NCBI GenBank assembly: GCA_964554805.1
Contig: CAZKPX010000002.1
Span: forward strand, 178,080 to 242,079
Origin: an uncultured Candidatus Saccharibacteria bacterium
Lineage (GTDB): Bacteria > Patescibacteriota > CAZHWT01
DNA: 64,000 bases
Direction of reading: 5' to 3'
Each line of letters begins with the position of its first letter. Within the stretch, counting starts at the first letter, position 1. The notes under the pieces are model-generated. The model saw only the letters and a list, made by a program, of their open reading frames with translations, had not been told where the DNA came from and made no database searches. The position numbers and the translations under genes were made by a program. Of the stretch, positions 48,925-59,148 are shown in pieces.

Positions 48925-50751
48925 TTAACCCTGCTTGGATTGCTTGCGGCGGTCGTTTTCGTTGAGGTGGCGTTTGCGGAGTCGGAGGCTTTTGGGTGTA
49001 ACTTCTAGAACCTCATCATCTTCTAGCATATCCAAGCTCTGTTCAATTGATAATATGGAAGCCGGGGCTAATTTAACTGAAATATCAGAAGTGGATGAAC
49101 GGACGTTGCTTTGTTTCTTCTCTTTGGTAACATTGATAACCAAGTCGTCCTGTCGAGAGTTAAGGCCGACGATCATGCCCTCGTAGACTTGGGTGCCCGG
49201 ATCGATAAAGGTAATACCGCGGCCTTGAGCAATATTTAGACCATATGTTAGGGCTTGGCCGGCTTCAGAAGCAATCAGCGCTCCATTGCGAAGTTTTGGT
49301 AGATCCTGGCCAAGTGGCTGATACTCTAGGAAAATTGAAGCTGCTACGGCTGTGCCACGGCTTAAGGTTAGGGCGGTGTTGCGGAAGCCGAGGATACCGC
49401 GGGTTGGAATGGTGTATTCTAAGCGAGTGTTGCCTTGATGATCTGGGTGCAGGCCGACCATGTAGCCGCGACGCTGGCCGAGTTCTTGGGTGATTGCACC
49501 GACATATTCATCCGGGACATCGACAGTCAGGCTTTCGATTGGCTCCATCATTTGACCATCAATTTCCTTAGTGATAACTTTTGGCTTTCCAACCTGCAAC
49601 TCGTAGCCTTCGCGACGTAGCTGCTCAATTAAGACCGATAAATGCAATTCACCGCGACCGCTGACCAATAATTCGGCAGTTTCCGGATGATCGACAACTC
49701 TCAAGGCCACATTGGTTTCTATTTCTTTCATTAAACGATCGCGAAGCTGGCGAGAGGTGAAGAATTTGCCTTCCTTGCCGCTCATCGGTGAAGTGTTAAC
49801 ACCCATAGTCATCTGCAAGGTTGGCTCTTCGACGGAAATGGTGGGCATAGCATCTGGGGCTGATGGATCGGCAATAGTGTCGCCAAGATTGACTTTGCTT
49901 AGCCCAGCAATAGCAATAATATCACCGGTAGCTAGATCCTGCGCTTCAACACGCTTGAGCCCCATTGAGGTAAAGACTGATTCGGCTCGTGTCTGCGTCT
50001 TGGAACCATCGGCGGCGAGCACTACTACCGACTGACCGTTCTTGATGTTGCCGCGGTGAAGGCGGCCAATAGCGTATTTGCCTCGATAATCATCGTAATC
50101 TAGAGCAGTGACGATCATTTGAAATGGACCATCTTCGACTTCAGGCTCAGGGATTTCTTCAATAATGGCTTTGAAAATTGGCTCGAGGGTAGCCTCAGCT
50201 GCCATATCTTCAGGAATCGAGCTCCAGGCCTTGCCTTCTCGACCGATGGCGTACAAGACTGGGAACTCCAACTGAGCATCATCATTGGCTAGTTCGAGGA
50301 ATAAGTCGCCGATCTGATCGATAACTTCTGATTCACGAGCATTTGGTTTGTCAATTTTATTGATAACTACTACAACTTTTAGTTTCTGCTGCAATGCTTT
50401 CTTCAGCACAAACTTTGTTTGAGGCATGGGGCCTTCGGCTGCATCGACGATAAGGATAGCTCCATCGGCCATGTTTAAAACGCGCTCTACTTCGCCACCG
50501 AAGTCTGCGTGTCCGGGGGTGTCAATGATATTAATTTTATATTCGCCGTATGACACAGCCGTGTTTTTGGATAAAATAGTGATGCCACGTTCGCGCTCTA
50601 GATCATACGAATCCATGATCAGGTCCTGATTCATGGCTGATTCGTTTTCGCGGAATACGTGCGATTGCTTTAAAAGTCCGTCTACCAGAGTCGTTTTACC
50701 GTGATCGACGTGGGCGATGATGGCCACATTGCGTAGTTGTGAAGTTTTCAT
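48925..50751 (-). CDS. typA: Translational GTPase TypA/BipA
   Basis: GTP-binding motifs ([18 protein letters not shown]) plus EF-G-like domains and the BipA C-terminal domain. Length is 608 aa. Confidence 0.95.
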   Translation of the reverse strand: MKTSQLRNVAIIAHVDHGKTTLVDGLLKQSHVFRENESAMNQDLIMDSYDLERERGITILSKNTAVSYGEYKINIIDTPGHADFGGEVERVLNMADGAILIVDAAEGPMPQTKFVLKKALQQKLKVVVVINKIDKPNARESEVIDQIGDLFLELANDDAQLEFPVLYAIGREGKAWSSIPEDMAAEATLEPIFKAIIEEIPEPEVEDGPFQMIVTALDYDDYRGKYAIGRLHRGNIKNGQSVVVLAADGSKTQTRAESVFTSMGLKRVEAQDLATGDIIAIAGLSKVNLGDTIADPSAPDAMPTISVEEPTLQMTMGVNTSPMSGKEGKFFTSRQLRDRLMKEIETNVALRVVDHPETAELLVSGRGELHLSVLIEQLRREGYELQVGKPKVITKEIDGQMMEPIESLTVDVPDEYVGAITQELGQRRGYMVGLHPDHQGNTRLEYTIPTRGILGFRNTALTLSRGTAVAASIFLEYQPLGQDLPKLRNGALIASEAGQALTYGLNIAQGRGITFIDPGTQVYEGMIVGLNSRQDDLVINVTKEKKQSNVRSSTSDISVKLAPASILSIEQSLDMLEDDEVLEVTPKSLRLRKRHLNENDRRKQSKQG

Positions 50752-50980
50752 AATATGGTTAGTGCTGAGGGATACGTAATTTGGAGGTCTGAGCAGCTAA
50801 AATCAGTGCGTATTATAGCATACACAAGCAAAATTCGGCATAGTATATCAGCCAGGCTGGAGGTGGACGGGTATGATATAGTGAATAGGTAGGATTTATA
50901 CAGGTAATCTATTCAACAAAACCCAGCATGCCTGGGTTTTTATCGGTTTAAAACAACACGTATTAACTTTAGGATTTTTT

Positions 50981-52792
50981 ATGAAGGCAATTTGGCGAAT
51001 TATTTCTTTTACGCAATATTTATGGCGTTGGTATGTGGCAGCCGCAGTTATGGTAGTTTTGGTGGCGCTGCTATCATTGGCAACCCCGCTGTTAAGCAAA
51101 GAGGTAGTGGACCAGGTGGTGGCCCAAATTCAATCTCAAGACGGCAACGTTGAGGCGATTTTGTGGCTGTTTGGTTTGATCTTAGGCGTGCAAATCGTTC
51201 AACTCATCATTCAATCAGTCGGTGGATGGTTTGGTGACATGATTGAAGTTAAGCTTCGTATTTATCTATCGTCAGTTTTTTACAAGAAACTGCTGTCGCT
51301 GGATATTGCTTTTTTTGATAATAATGACAGTGGCAAGACATTCAATAAGTTCTACCGCGGCATAGCTCAAATCACTACCTTTATCCAGGGCATGCTTAAT
51401 AATTTCTTGCCAATGGTCTTGACTGCCGTGGCGACGATTGGCCTGCTGGCTTTCTACTCATGGGTATTGGCTATTTTGCTGACCAGCTTGTTCCCTGTCT
51501 ACATATGGTTGTCTCATAAATCAACTGTTGACTGGAAAAAGCATGAGGACCATAAGAATGAACTTTCAGACACCGCTCAAAGTCGGGCCTTTGAGTCGAT
51601 TAGCGGTATCCGAACAGTTAAGGCTTTTGCCACCGAACTAATCGAGACTATTAGCTTTAAGCAGCACAATACTGAGATTGAAAAAACTACTGCCAGTCAG
51701 TCCAAGGGCTGGCACAGCTGGGACTTTGCTCGCCAATTTGTCCTTAATGGCGTATTGTTTGCATCATTTGTCTATATTATTTATTTCACCTATATGGGCC
51801 GATACTCTATTGGCGAGATGACGCTGCTTTTGCAATTGGTCCAGCAGGCACGCATGCCGTTATTTGCTATGTCATACATCTTGAGTCAAATCCAGCGGGT
51901 CGAGTCTGGCAGCAAGGACTTCTTCTCTATTATTGAGACGAAGCCGGCCATCAATGACCCTGAGTCACAGGCACAATTAGTCTGGCAACCTACTCAGAAT
52001 AGCCGCGACTTAATTCATTTTGATTCCGTGAATTTTGGCTACGAGGACAATAGTACGGTGTTGCACGATATTAACTTTAGTCTTGGCGCGGATCAGAAAC
52101 TAGCTTTGGTTGGCGAGTCCGGACAGGGCAAATCAACCTTGGTCAATTTATTGTTGCGGTTTTACCAACCCCAACAAGGCCAAATCATCATTAATGACTA
52201 TGATATCAATCAGGTTACTCAGGAGTCACTCCGCCAACATATGGCGGTAGTATTTCAGGAGGCCTGGCTATTTTCTGGTTCAATTGTTGATAATATTCGC
52301 TACGGTAAGCTAGATGCGACCATGGAAGAAGTGATTGCTGCAGCCAAAGCAGCCAATGCCGATGAGTTTGTTCGTCAGTTGCCTCAAGGATATGACAGCT
52401 TGGTTGGCGAAAGAGGCGTCAAGCTGTCGGGTGGTCAGAAACAGCGCATTTCTATCGCTCGGGCTATTCTTAAAGATGCACCTATTATTATTTTGGATGA
52501 GGCTACTTCGGCCCTGGATAGCAAGTCTGAGCTGCTGGTTCAGCAGGGCTTGGATCGCTTGATGAAGGGTCGGACGTCAATAATCATTGCTCACCGACTA
52601 TCAACGGTGGCCGAGGCGGATTTGATTGCTGTGGTTGATAAGGGTACGATTGCTGAATTCGGTAGTCCTCAAAGTTTATTAAAGAAAAAGAATGGTCTGT
52701 ACAAAGAGTTGGTCAGCTTGCAACATTCGCTAACTGGCAAGTCAGCTGCTACTAAGAAAAAAGCTCTTAAGCAGTTCGATCTGGTTGGGTAG
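50981..52792 (+). CDS. ABC transporter permease/ATP-binding protein (type I exporter, MsbA-like)
   Basis: A six-TM ABC_membrane domain is followed by an NBD (GESGQGKST Walker A, LSGGQKQR signature, ILDEATSALD Walker B). Confidence 0.9.
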   Translation: MKAIWRIISFTQYLWRWYVAAAVMVVLVALLSLATPLLSKEVVDQVVAQIQSQDGNVEAILWLFGLILGVQIVQLIIQSVGGWFGDMIEVKLRIYLSSVFYKKLLSLDIAFFDNNDSGKTFNKFYRGIAQITTFIQGMLNNFLPMVLTAVATIGLLAFYSWVLAILLTSLFPVYIWLSHKSTVDWKKHEDHKNELSDTAQSRAFESISGIRTVKAFATELIETISFKQHNTEIEKTTASQSKGWHSWDFARQFVLNGVLFASFVYIIYFTYMGRYSIGEMTLLLQLVQQARMPLFAMSYILSQIQRVESGSKDFFSIIETKPAINDPESQAQLVWQPTQNSRDLIHFDSVNFGYEDNSTVLHDINFSLGADQKLALVGESGQGKSTLVNLLLRFYQPQQGQIIINDYDINQVTQESLRQHMAVVFQEAWLFSGSIVDNIRYGKLDATMEEVIAAAKAANADEFVRQLPQGYDSLVGERGVKLSGGQKQRISIARAILKDAPIIILDEATSALDSKSELLVQQGLDRLMKGRTSIIIAHRLSTVAEADLIAVVDKGTIAEFGSPQSLLKKKNGLYKELVSLQHSLTGKSAATKKKALKQFDLVG

Positions 52793-52805
52793 AAGGCTAT
52801 GGGCT

Positions 52806-52890
52806 GCGTGACGGGCGACGAGCGACCGGCGACAAGCTAAGACGGATCAATGCATTCGAACTCGTCGCTCGTCGCAGGTCGCACGTTTTG
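52806..52890 (+). terminator. Long GC-rich imperfect hairpin + TTTT downstream of the ABC transporter gene
   Basis: Arms GCGTGACGGGCGACGAGCGAC / GTCGCTCGTCGCAGGTCGCACG with a ~37-nt loop, then GTTTTG. Confidence 0.55.
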
Positions 52891-52966
52891 CTGAGCAAAG
52901 CTCGGCATGCTTGACTGTCTGTATTGGCTACGGGATAATGTAAATATGAATTGATAGCGAGTTTGT

Positions 52967-54328
52967 GTGCCTGATTTTTTTCCTCCAACCCCCTCACCTT
53001 CTACACATCAAGTAAACTCGGTTGATAACGACGCCTCGTTTGCCGTACCTCAATCACAATCTTCTCAACCAGTTCCGTCTGATTTGGACCATTCAAGGCT
53101 ATTTCGGTACCGCAAATGGTTATGGGTTATGGCGGCGTCGGTGATTGCGATTGGAGCGGTTATTGCCGTAATCGTTGCTAGCCAAGCTTCACTGCCACAT
53201 TCAACCCGAACCAATACTATTACGCCGACTCCTGGCAAGGCCGCTGTTTCGACTACTCATAGTGAAAGCGATGACGCCTATTTTGCTGGCTTGCCGCTGA
53301 CTATGTTGTACTATAGTTTTTCACAAACCAGTAATAGCAAGAATGTTTTCCAAGCCAATCCTTCGGATAGTGAGTCTCGCTTTTTGAATATCGGTTTTCC
53401 TGATAAATACACGTTTTTAACCTCACCTAACGGCAAATTCTTACTGAGATGGAACGAGACTGATTTAGAAATTGCTGAGGCGGCTACACCAGCTAAGTTT
53501 ATCTCACTTTACAAACCACAGGGTTCTCAGATTATGATACGCCAAGCTGTCTGGTCTACCGACTCATCCCGACTAGCTCTCAGCTATACAAAAGCACCAG
53601 TCGATACTTCAAAATTTGCCAGTGTGGTGACAATTATTGATCTGGCCAAAGGCGAGTCGACGACTGTTATTCAGACTGAGGTTGATTTTGTATACGGCCT
53701 CAAGGCTTTGGTCGATAACGAACGACTATATTATGTTCAGGACCGCAATGGTTTGGTTAGCAATCTGACAGAATTTAATACGACTGACAAAAAAGTGAGC
53801 CGTGAAATTCCTGCTTTTAACAGCAATGGCTTGCTGGCCAAACTTTCATTTGACAGAGCTATGAGTTGGGGGTATATGTTTGAGAACAATGTTGTTGTCC
53901 GCCACAATATTGCTACTTTTGAAAAAGAAACTCTCTATACGCTTGACCGGAGCTGCCGTAATGGTCAAACAAATAATAGTGCGGTGACGAGCTTGTCTGT
54001 GTCGCCTACTAGTGACCAATTGCTCTTTACTACAGTTCCTCAGGCTTGTCGTGTCGGCAGCAGAGATCAGGATTTAAAGAATCGTTTGCTCCTGCTAGAT
54101 ATCAAAAACAAAAAAGTTGTCAAAGAGGTTGTGAGCCCTGCTTTTACCAAATTAGTATCAAGTTCATGGTCGCCAGCCAATGATGTGGTGTGGGCTCAAG
54201 TAGACACACAGACTGCCTATGGAATCAGTCCGAGCACATTGGACATATGGCCTATCCCACCGCAGCAGCGGAATGTTTTGACTAAAGAGAGACCGATTTT
54301 CTTGGGATGGTTGCTGCCAAAGCCCTGA
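52967..54328 (+). CDS. Hypothetical membrane-anchored extracytoplasmic protein (possible TolB/PD40-like beta-propeller)
   Basis: A Pro-rich N-terminus and a single TM helix (WLWVMAASVIAIGAVIAVIVA) are followed by a large extracytoplasmic region with repeated SP.GK / WS.D / SWSP blade-like motifs. The ORF-track start is a GTG and the true start is uncertain. Confidence 0.45.
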   Translation: MPDFFPPTPSPSTHQVNSVDNDASFAVPQSQSSQPVPSDLDHSRLFRYRKWLWVMAASVIAIGAVIAVIVASQASLPHSTRTNTITPTPGKAAVSTTHSESDDAYFAGLPLTMLYYSFSQTSNSKNVFQANPSDSESRFLNIGFPDKYTFLTSPNGKFLLRWNETDLEIAEAATPAKFISLYKPQGSQIMIRQAVWSTDSSRLALSYTKAPVDTSKFASVVTIIDLAKGESTTVIQTEVDFVYGLKALVDNERLYYVQDRNGLVSNLTEFNTTDKKVSREIPAFNSNGLLAKLSFDRAMSWGYMFENNVVVRHNIATFEKETLYTLDRSCRNGQTNNSAVTSLSVSPTSDQLLFTTVPQACRVGSRDQDLKNRLLLLDIKNKKVVKEVVSPAFTKLVSSSWSPANDVVWAQVDTQTAYGISPSTLDIWPIPPQQRNVLTKERPIFLGWLLPKP

Positions 54329-54439
54329 AGAAGGAGATAGGATCCGCCTCCGCCAGGTGGCGGATGGCGGAAGGATTTAGAGAAATTAGGGTCAAGAGTC
54401 GGGCAGCCCGGGTGGAATTACTTCCAACCGGGCTGATTG

Positions 54440-55051
54440 CTAACTGTACCAGATGATACGCAGCGCTAGTTTGTGATTGCTGCCGGTGGACCGGACTTGG
54501 TAGTGCCTACCGGATTCCGGCTGCAGCGATACAAGCAGCTGCCTGCGCTCTGACCGGCTCAGATAGTCATAAACGCCGTGAAGATGGAGTTTTGTTTCCC
54601 TCTGTTCGGCGGGTAGCTGCAGCTGGATATTGAGCCAATCTACAACTTCCTTTTTGACATGTGCTAGTCTGTTGAACCGATGGGGCGACTTTTCTGAGGT
54701 GCCCGCTTTCTTCGGAGTAGGACCAAGGGGCGAGAAGGTAATGGGGGTAGATTGCAAACGTCTGGCATCGATCAGTAGAGTCAAAGAGCGACGCATCAAC
54801 TGAGACTGCTGAAGCCGAAGCTCCACTCTTTGGCGCAAATCTGCCTCTGGCAAATGGCGCAATGTGCCTTGAAATTCCTGGAAATTGAGCAGATCCTTTT
54901 CAAGAGTTTTTGTCAGCTGCTTTAGCTGATATCTAGCTCTAGATGTTTCTGCACTGGGTGATGAGTTTTGTCGGAGCTTTGATGCCAGAAGTTGAAACTC
55001 TTCCTCCCACTGTCTCAACGTGGGCAGGTTCTTGCCATTTAAACCAGGCAT
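54440..55051 (-). CDS. Hypothetical protein (203 aa)
   Basis: An AAGGA SD lies 8 nt upstream of the ATG. The protein is basic with a coiled-coil-like N-terminus. No recognised motif. Confidence 0.45.
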   Translation of the reverse strand: MPGLNGKNLPTLRQWEEEFQLLASKLRQNSSPSAETSRARYQLKQLTKTLEKDLLNFQEFQGTLRHLPEADLRQRVELRLQQSQLMRRSLTLLIDARRLQSTPITFSPLGPTPKKAGTSEKSPHRFNRLAHVKKEVVDWLNIQLQLPAEQRETKLHLHGVYDYLSRSERRQLLVSLQPESGRHYQVRSTGSNHKLALRIIWYS

Positions 55052-55129
55052 TGTCTCTATCCTTCGCTAAAATCTCATGTCCGTATCTGAGTTATATGAT
55101 GTAGATATAGTTTTGTCAAATAGTGGTTG

Positions 55130-55537
55130 TTATCCCGAGGGTGCATTTAGATAGGCAATTTTTATCAACTGCACTAGTTTGTCTCGATCGACATCGGCTA
55201 GTTTTTTAATATAGATACAGCCTTTGCCAGTTTGATATTTGCCTACATCCTGCAAAGATCGGGTAAGTTGCTCCGCATCGGTGGTGAGATACAATGATAT
55301 TTTGCCTTGACGAGGAGCAAAGCCTATTTTCATCCAGTCGCCTTCTTGAGAGGACCGCTGTGATTTGTAGTGGTATGAATCAAAGCCAACTATACTGTTA
55401 CCCCACATGACTGGGGGATAATTGGTGATGTCCTGCATTATTTTAATCAGCTGACGACTATCTTGCTGCTGGTCATCCGGCAAGCTTGCAATAAAGTCTT
55501 CAACACTGACTTGAGTTGCTTGAGTTTTGATTGCCAT
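55130..55537 (-). CDS. DUF1801 (YdhG-like) domain protein
   Basis: The ~135-aa length and the pattern ...VEDFIASLP...MWGNSIVGF...KIGFAPRQGKISLYL... match the YdhG/DUF1801 family. Confidence 0.55.
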   Translation of the reverse strand: MAIKTQATQVSVEDFIASLPDDQQQDSRQLIKIMQDITNYPPVMWGNSIVGFDSYHYKSQRSSQEGDWMKIGFAPRQGKISLYLTTDAEQLTRSLQDVGKYQTGKGCIYIKKLADVDRDKLVQLIKIAYLNAPSG

Positions 55538-55658
55538 ACTACCTCATTTCGATATGAGTGCTTATATATTACTTCAATTATACTCTAAAAAATTGCAGAA
55601 CATGGAAAACCACCTGGGCTGGCCAGACTGCGCCTTTTAATAAGGCTAAAGCAAAGCC

Positions 55659-55775
55659 CTAGAAGCTTTGGTCTTGTTGAAAGAAGTAGATAGCTGCTCC
55701 TACCCAAGCTGCGGACAGCACCCAACCAAATGGACTATGACCTGTCACTACTTTAATAGCATCCTTACTAACCAT
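55659..55775 (-). CDS. Candidate 38-aa single-TM small protein
   Basis: AAGGAG lies 6 nt upstream of the ATG. The product is MVSKDAIKVVTGHSPFGWVLSAAWVGAAIYFFQQDQSF. It was not in the ORF track because it is shorter than 60 aa. Confidence 0.35.
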   Translation of the reverse strand: MVSKDAIKVVTGHSPFGWVLSAAWVGAAIYFFQQDQSF

Positions 55776-55819
55776 ATACGGCTCCTTGGTTATGCATTAA
55801 CTAATAATTCTAAGGTTGT

Positions 55820-55860
55820 CATTTGTATATATAGACAAACCCCCGTCGAGTTGACGGGGG
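55820..55860 (-). terminator. Terminator hairpin downstream of the recQ-linked operon
   Basis: CCCCCGTC-GAGTT-GACGGGGG stem-loop 35 nt past the stop at 55895, flanked by T-rich sequence on both strands (TTTGTCTATATAT / TTCT). Confidence 0.55.
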
Positions 55861-55894
55861 TTCTGGCCTCTATTCCTTCAAGGTCGACCTGCTC

Positions 55895-56530
55895 CTACAG
55901 ATCAATTAGCTGCAGCCGTTCAAGCAACTCGTTTATAAACGCACACTGTTGCTCTATAGATATATCTGTCCGGCCTGAGTCAACTGACGTGCTGTGCTCG
56001 TCCACGAGTGAATTGATCAGCAACCCATTCACTGCGAAGTCGATCTCCTTCAGTACTCGATGAAATGCCTGATCGACTAAAAACTTTTCCGGATCTCCCC
56101 GGAGATAAAAGTCAGCATATAGCTCATTGAAAGACCAGTTAGCGAATGATTCTTTTCGGAGACTAAACGGTTCCGTGATAGCGATTTTAAGATTGGTGAC
56201 ACCCTGTATGTTATACGTCAAATCGACGACACCGCTTTCAAACTCGCCCATTAACCGCAATCGAATACCTTTCTGGAACATTTCGCGGCTTGGTTCGCCC
56301 CAAAATAAATCTCGGACTTTGCCCGGGTCGAACTTAACAACGCAGCTAGGAGCTATGATCATTGCGCCGGCAAGTTGATGCTCGACGGTTGGAGGTAGCA
56401 CAACTTTCATCATCCAACTCCTGACTTGAACGAAGCGTCTTCTCAACTCAAGAATTATACTATAAGTGTCAAAAGACGAAGACCCCGGCGGAATGGCCGG
56501 GGTCTGCAATTGCATCGAGCGAGCTAGCAT
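55895..56530 (-). CDS. Hypothetical protein (211 aa), translationally coupled to the upstream ORF
   Basis: Its ATG overlaps the stop of the 56524-56868 ORF (ccATGCTAG). No recognised domain. Confidence 0.5.
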   Translation of the reverse strand: MLARSMQLQTPAIPPGSSSFDTYSIILELRRRFVQVRSWMMKVVLPPTVEHQLAGAMIIAPSCVVKFDPGKVRDLFWGEPSREMFQKGIRLRLMGEFESGVVDLTYNIQGVTNLKIAITEPFSLRKESFANWSFNELYADFYLRGDPEKFLVDQAFHRVLKEIDFAVNGLLINSLVDEHSTSVDSGRTDISIEQQCAFINELLERLQLIDL

Positions 56531-56868
56531 GGCCGGTCAGAACGGATGCGTTGCAGCAGACTGGGGATGAGCAACCTCTCCTCTTCGGCTGAGCACCAGC
56601 CTCCGTTCAACCGTTTAAAGCTGTTGCGCTTGCTATCCAGGCACTCGCTTAGCTTGCCTGCCAGTTGAAGATCAAGCTCGGCTACCACATGATGAAAGGA
56701 TGGCGAATCTACCAGTGCCTGCAGTGTTCCCAAACAACAGCTCTCGATGCTGTATCGGTCGGGATTGCCAATTGAGGTGCTGGTAATCATTGTCCACCAG
56801 AGGCCGGCCGGCAAGCCATCATCTTCGTCAGAAACGTAGACTTCCAAGTTGATGGTGCCGTCTGTCAT
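56524..56868 (-). CDS. Hypothetical acidic protein (114 aa from the MTDGT start)
   Basis: A GAGGT SD-like sequence lies 9 nt upstream of the ATG at 56866-56868. The longer ORF-track start at 56934 is also possible. Confidence 0.45.
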   Translation of the reverse strand: MTDGTINLEVYVSDEDDGLPAGLWWTMITSTSIGNPDRYSIESCCLGTLQALVDSPSFHHVVAELDLQLAGKLSECLDSKRNSFKRLNGGWCSAEEERLLIPSLLQRIRSDRPC

Positions 56869-56899
56869 TAAACTAACCTCAATCAAGAGGTCATTGAAG

Positions 56900-57064
56900 C
56901 TACTGCTGATGACGCCATAAGCCCCCCTGCCCACGCTGGTATCTATCCGGCTGATCGGCCAGAATATCCTGACCGCCGAGCGTATCCACCCGAATTCGGC
57001 ATGATTTTGATCTCATTACTGCCAGAGCAAACCATGACTTAGGCGGGATTTTGACCAGATCCAT
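56900..57064 (-). CDS. Candidate small protein (54 aa) downstream of recQ
   Basis: AGGAGAGA lies 9 nt upstream of the internal ATG (MDLVKIPPKSW...). The 88-aa ORF-track version has no SD. Confidence 0.3.
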   Translation of the reverse strand: MDLVKIPPKSWFALAVMRSKSCRIRVDTLGGQDILADQPDRYQRGQGGLWRHQQ

Positions 57065-57315
57065 GTTGCATCTCTCCTGAGAATAAACACCCCATCGCCG
57101 GATTGGGTGGCAACTATTCAAAAGACCAAGGCCCCAGATGAAATCCTGATTGAGATATTTTATCACCTCAATAGCTAACGTTGTATCATACTATAAGCCT
57201 TCTTACAAAGACTTGCGCATAGTTCGCTACTATTGTCATCGTTGTGGCAATAGTGCTTCCTCATGCTAATGATTTATAGTCAAGATATGAGACCTGCGAA
57301 TAGTGTAATGGGCGG

Positions 57316-59148
57316 CTACATTGTTTTTTCATTATTGCGAGAATGTTTTTTGACTACTTCAATAAAACGAGGTCCGTATTTGTCCAGTTTTTGCTGGCCG
57401 ACGCCGTATATCTTAGAAAAGTCATCTAGGGCGGTGGGACGCTGAATGGCCATGTCGGTTAGGCTAGTGTCGGCGAAAATGATGTAGGGTGGCATCGCTT
57501 CTTCGGCGGCAATTTGCTTGCGGAGTTGTCGCAGAGCTTCGAATAGTTCCTGATCAACATCTTGCTGGTTATGGGCGGCAGCTGATGGGCCGGTTTTGAA
57601 TCTGGCTGGCTTAACTTTGGCTTTTTGGGGCAGGAATAAGTCTGACAGCTCGACTAGGCGCTGACCCTTTAAAACAGCTAGCCCATCTTGAGTCAGACTG
57701 ACACCGTTATAATTGTTGAGATCAATAGTGACATACCCCTGTTCTGATAATTCTAACAAGACTTGCCGCAGTTGAGTTTCTTTGTAATCTGCGATGATAC
57801 CGAAGACTGATAGTTGATTGTGCTGTCTGCGTTCAATCTGTTCATCGCTTTTGCCGGTGAGAATTTTGGTTATATAGGTCGGAGAGTATGGTCGACCAAG
57901 ACGATATACACATGACAGTACCTTTTGAGTCAAGACTGTAGCGTCGAAGGTTTGGCGAGGAGTTAAGCAGTTATCGCAAGAGGAGCAGGATTGGTTAAGG
58001 CTTTGTTCGCTAAAATATTCAAGCAACTGGTGATGCCTGCAGACAGACGACATGGCAAATCGCTGAACTTGACCTAGTTTCAAATTAGCCTGATCTTGTT
58101 CGGCGGGTGGGAGGCTTTGATTAAATTGACGGTATAATTGCAAGTCGCCGGAACTAAAATACATGACACATTGACTCGGTTGACCGTCTCGACCAGCCCG
58201 TCCTGATTCTTGGTAATAGTGCTCCAGGCTGCGAGGAGCACTTTCATGGAGTACAAAGCGAACATTAGATTTGTCGATGCCCATGCCAAAGGCCACCGTG
58301 GCAGTAATGATTTGGACTTCGTCATTTTTGAACTGTTCCTGATGACTGGCTCTGTCTTCATCCGATAAACCAGCATGATAAGTGGCGGCCTTGACGCCAT
58401 GTTCTTGCAAGAAGCTGGCTAATTTTTCGACATTGCTGCGTGACTGGCAATAAATGATTCCAGCCTCGCCTGGCCGCTCGAGAACATATTGAAGAATACT
58501 ATCTTTGACTTGCTGCTTGGGCTGCACCGAATATGTCAGATTGGGGCGAAAGAAACTTGAGACCAGCACTTGCGGTTGTCGAAGACTGAGCTGTGTCACA
58601 ATATCAGCCTTAACTCTGTCGGTGGCGGTGGCGGTCAACGCCATGATTGGCTTGGGGGCGAATTGCTGTCGAATCATTGATAGCTGCCGATATTCGGTGC
58701 GGAAGTCATGGCCCCATTGAGAGATACAATGAGCTTCGTCGATGGCAAAGAAATTGATATTGAGTTGACTTAGTAGATTGAGGAAGTGAGGCTGGACTAA
58801 TCGCTCTGGTGCGATATAGAGCATTGATATGTCACCGCGCAGAACTTGGTTGATGATGTCTTGTTGAGTTTGGTCATCGAGACTGCTATTGAGATAGGCG
58901 GCGGAGATCCCGTTATGACGCAGGGCATCAACCTGGTCTTTCATCAGCGAGATGAGCGGTGATATAACGATGGTAACACCGGGCATAACGACGCTGGGAA
59001 TGGAGTAGCACAGCGACTTGCCGCCACCGGTTGGCATGAGGACAAAGACATCCTGGCCGTCCAAAACTGCCTCGACTGCCTGCTGTTGATTTTGGCGAAA
59101 TGATTCAAAGCCAAAGTACTGTTTTAAAACTATCTCACTTGGTCTCAT
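57316..59148 (-). CDS. recQ: ATP-dependent DNA helicase RecQ
   Basis: DEAH helicase motifs (MPTGGGKSLCY, DEAHCISQWGHDFR), an RQC zinc/winged-helix region and a C-terminal HRDC domain. An AGGAGA SD lies upstream. Confidence 0.9.
   Translation of the reverse strand: MRPSEIVLKQYFGFESFRQNQQQAVEAVLDGQDVFVLMPTGGGKSLCYSIPSVVMPGVTIVISPLISLMKDQVDALRHNGISAAYLNSSLDDQTQQDIINQVLRGDISMLYIAPERLVQPHFLNLLSQLNINFFAIDEAHCISQWGHDFRTEYRQLSMIRQQFAPKPIMALTATATDRVKADIVTQLSLRQPQVLVSSFFRPNLTYSVQPKQQVKDSILQYVLERPGEAGIIYCQSRSNVEKLASFLQEHGVKAATYHAGLSDEDRASHQEQFKNDEVQIITATVAFGMGIDKSNVRFVLHESAPRSLEHYYQESGRAGRDGQPSQCVMYFSSGDLQLYRQFNQSLPPAEQDQANLKLGQVQRFAMSSVCRHHQLLEYFSEQSLNQSCSSCDNCLTPRQTFDATVLTQKVLSCVYRLGRPYSPTYITKILTGKSDEQIERRQHNQLSVFGIIADYKETQLRQVLLELSEQGYVTIDLNNYNGVSLTQDGLAVLKGQRLVELSDLFLPQKAKVKPARFKTGPSAAAHNQQDVDQELFEALRQLRKQIAAEEAMPPYIIFADTSLTDMAIQRPTALDDFSKIYGVGQQKLDKYGPRFIEVVKKHSRNNEKTM

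Noticed and set aside
55668-56063. 131-aa plus-strand ORF
   Set aside because: It overlaps the SD-led micro-ORF, the terminator hairpin and the 3' end of the 211-aa minus-strand gene. It is Ser/Cys-rich with no start context.
56900-57166. 88-aa version of the recQ-downstream small ORF
   Set aside because: The N-terminal 34 aa lack any ribosome-binding site, whereas the internal Met has AGGAGAGA at the right spacing. The shorter 54-aa form is preferred.
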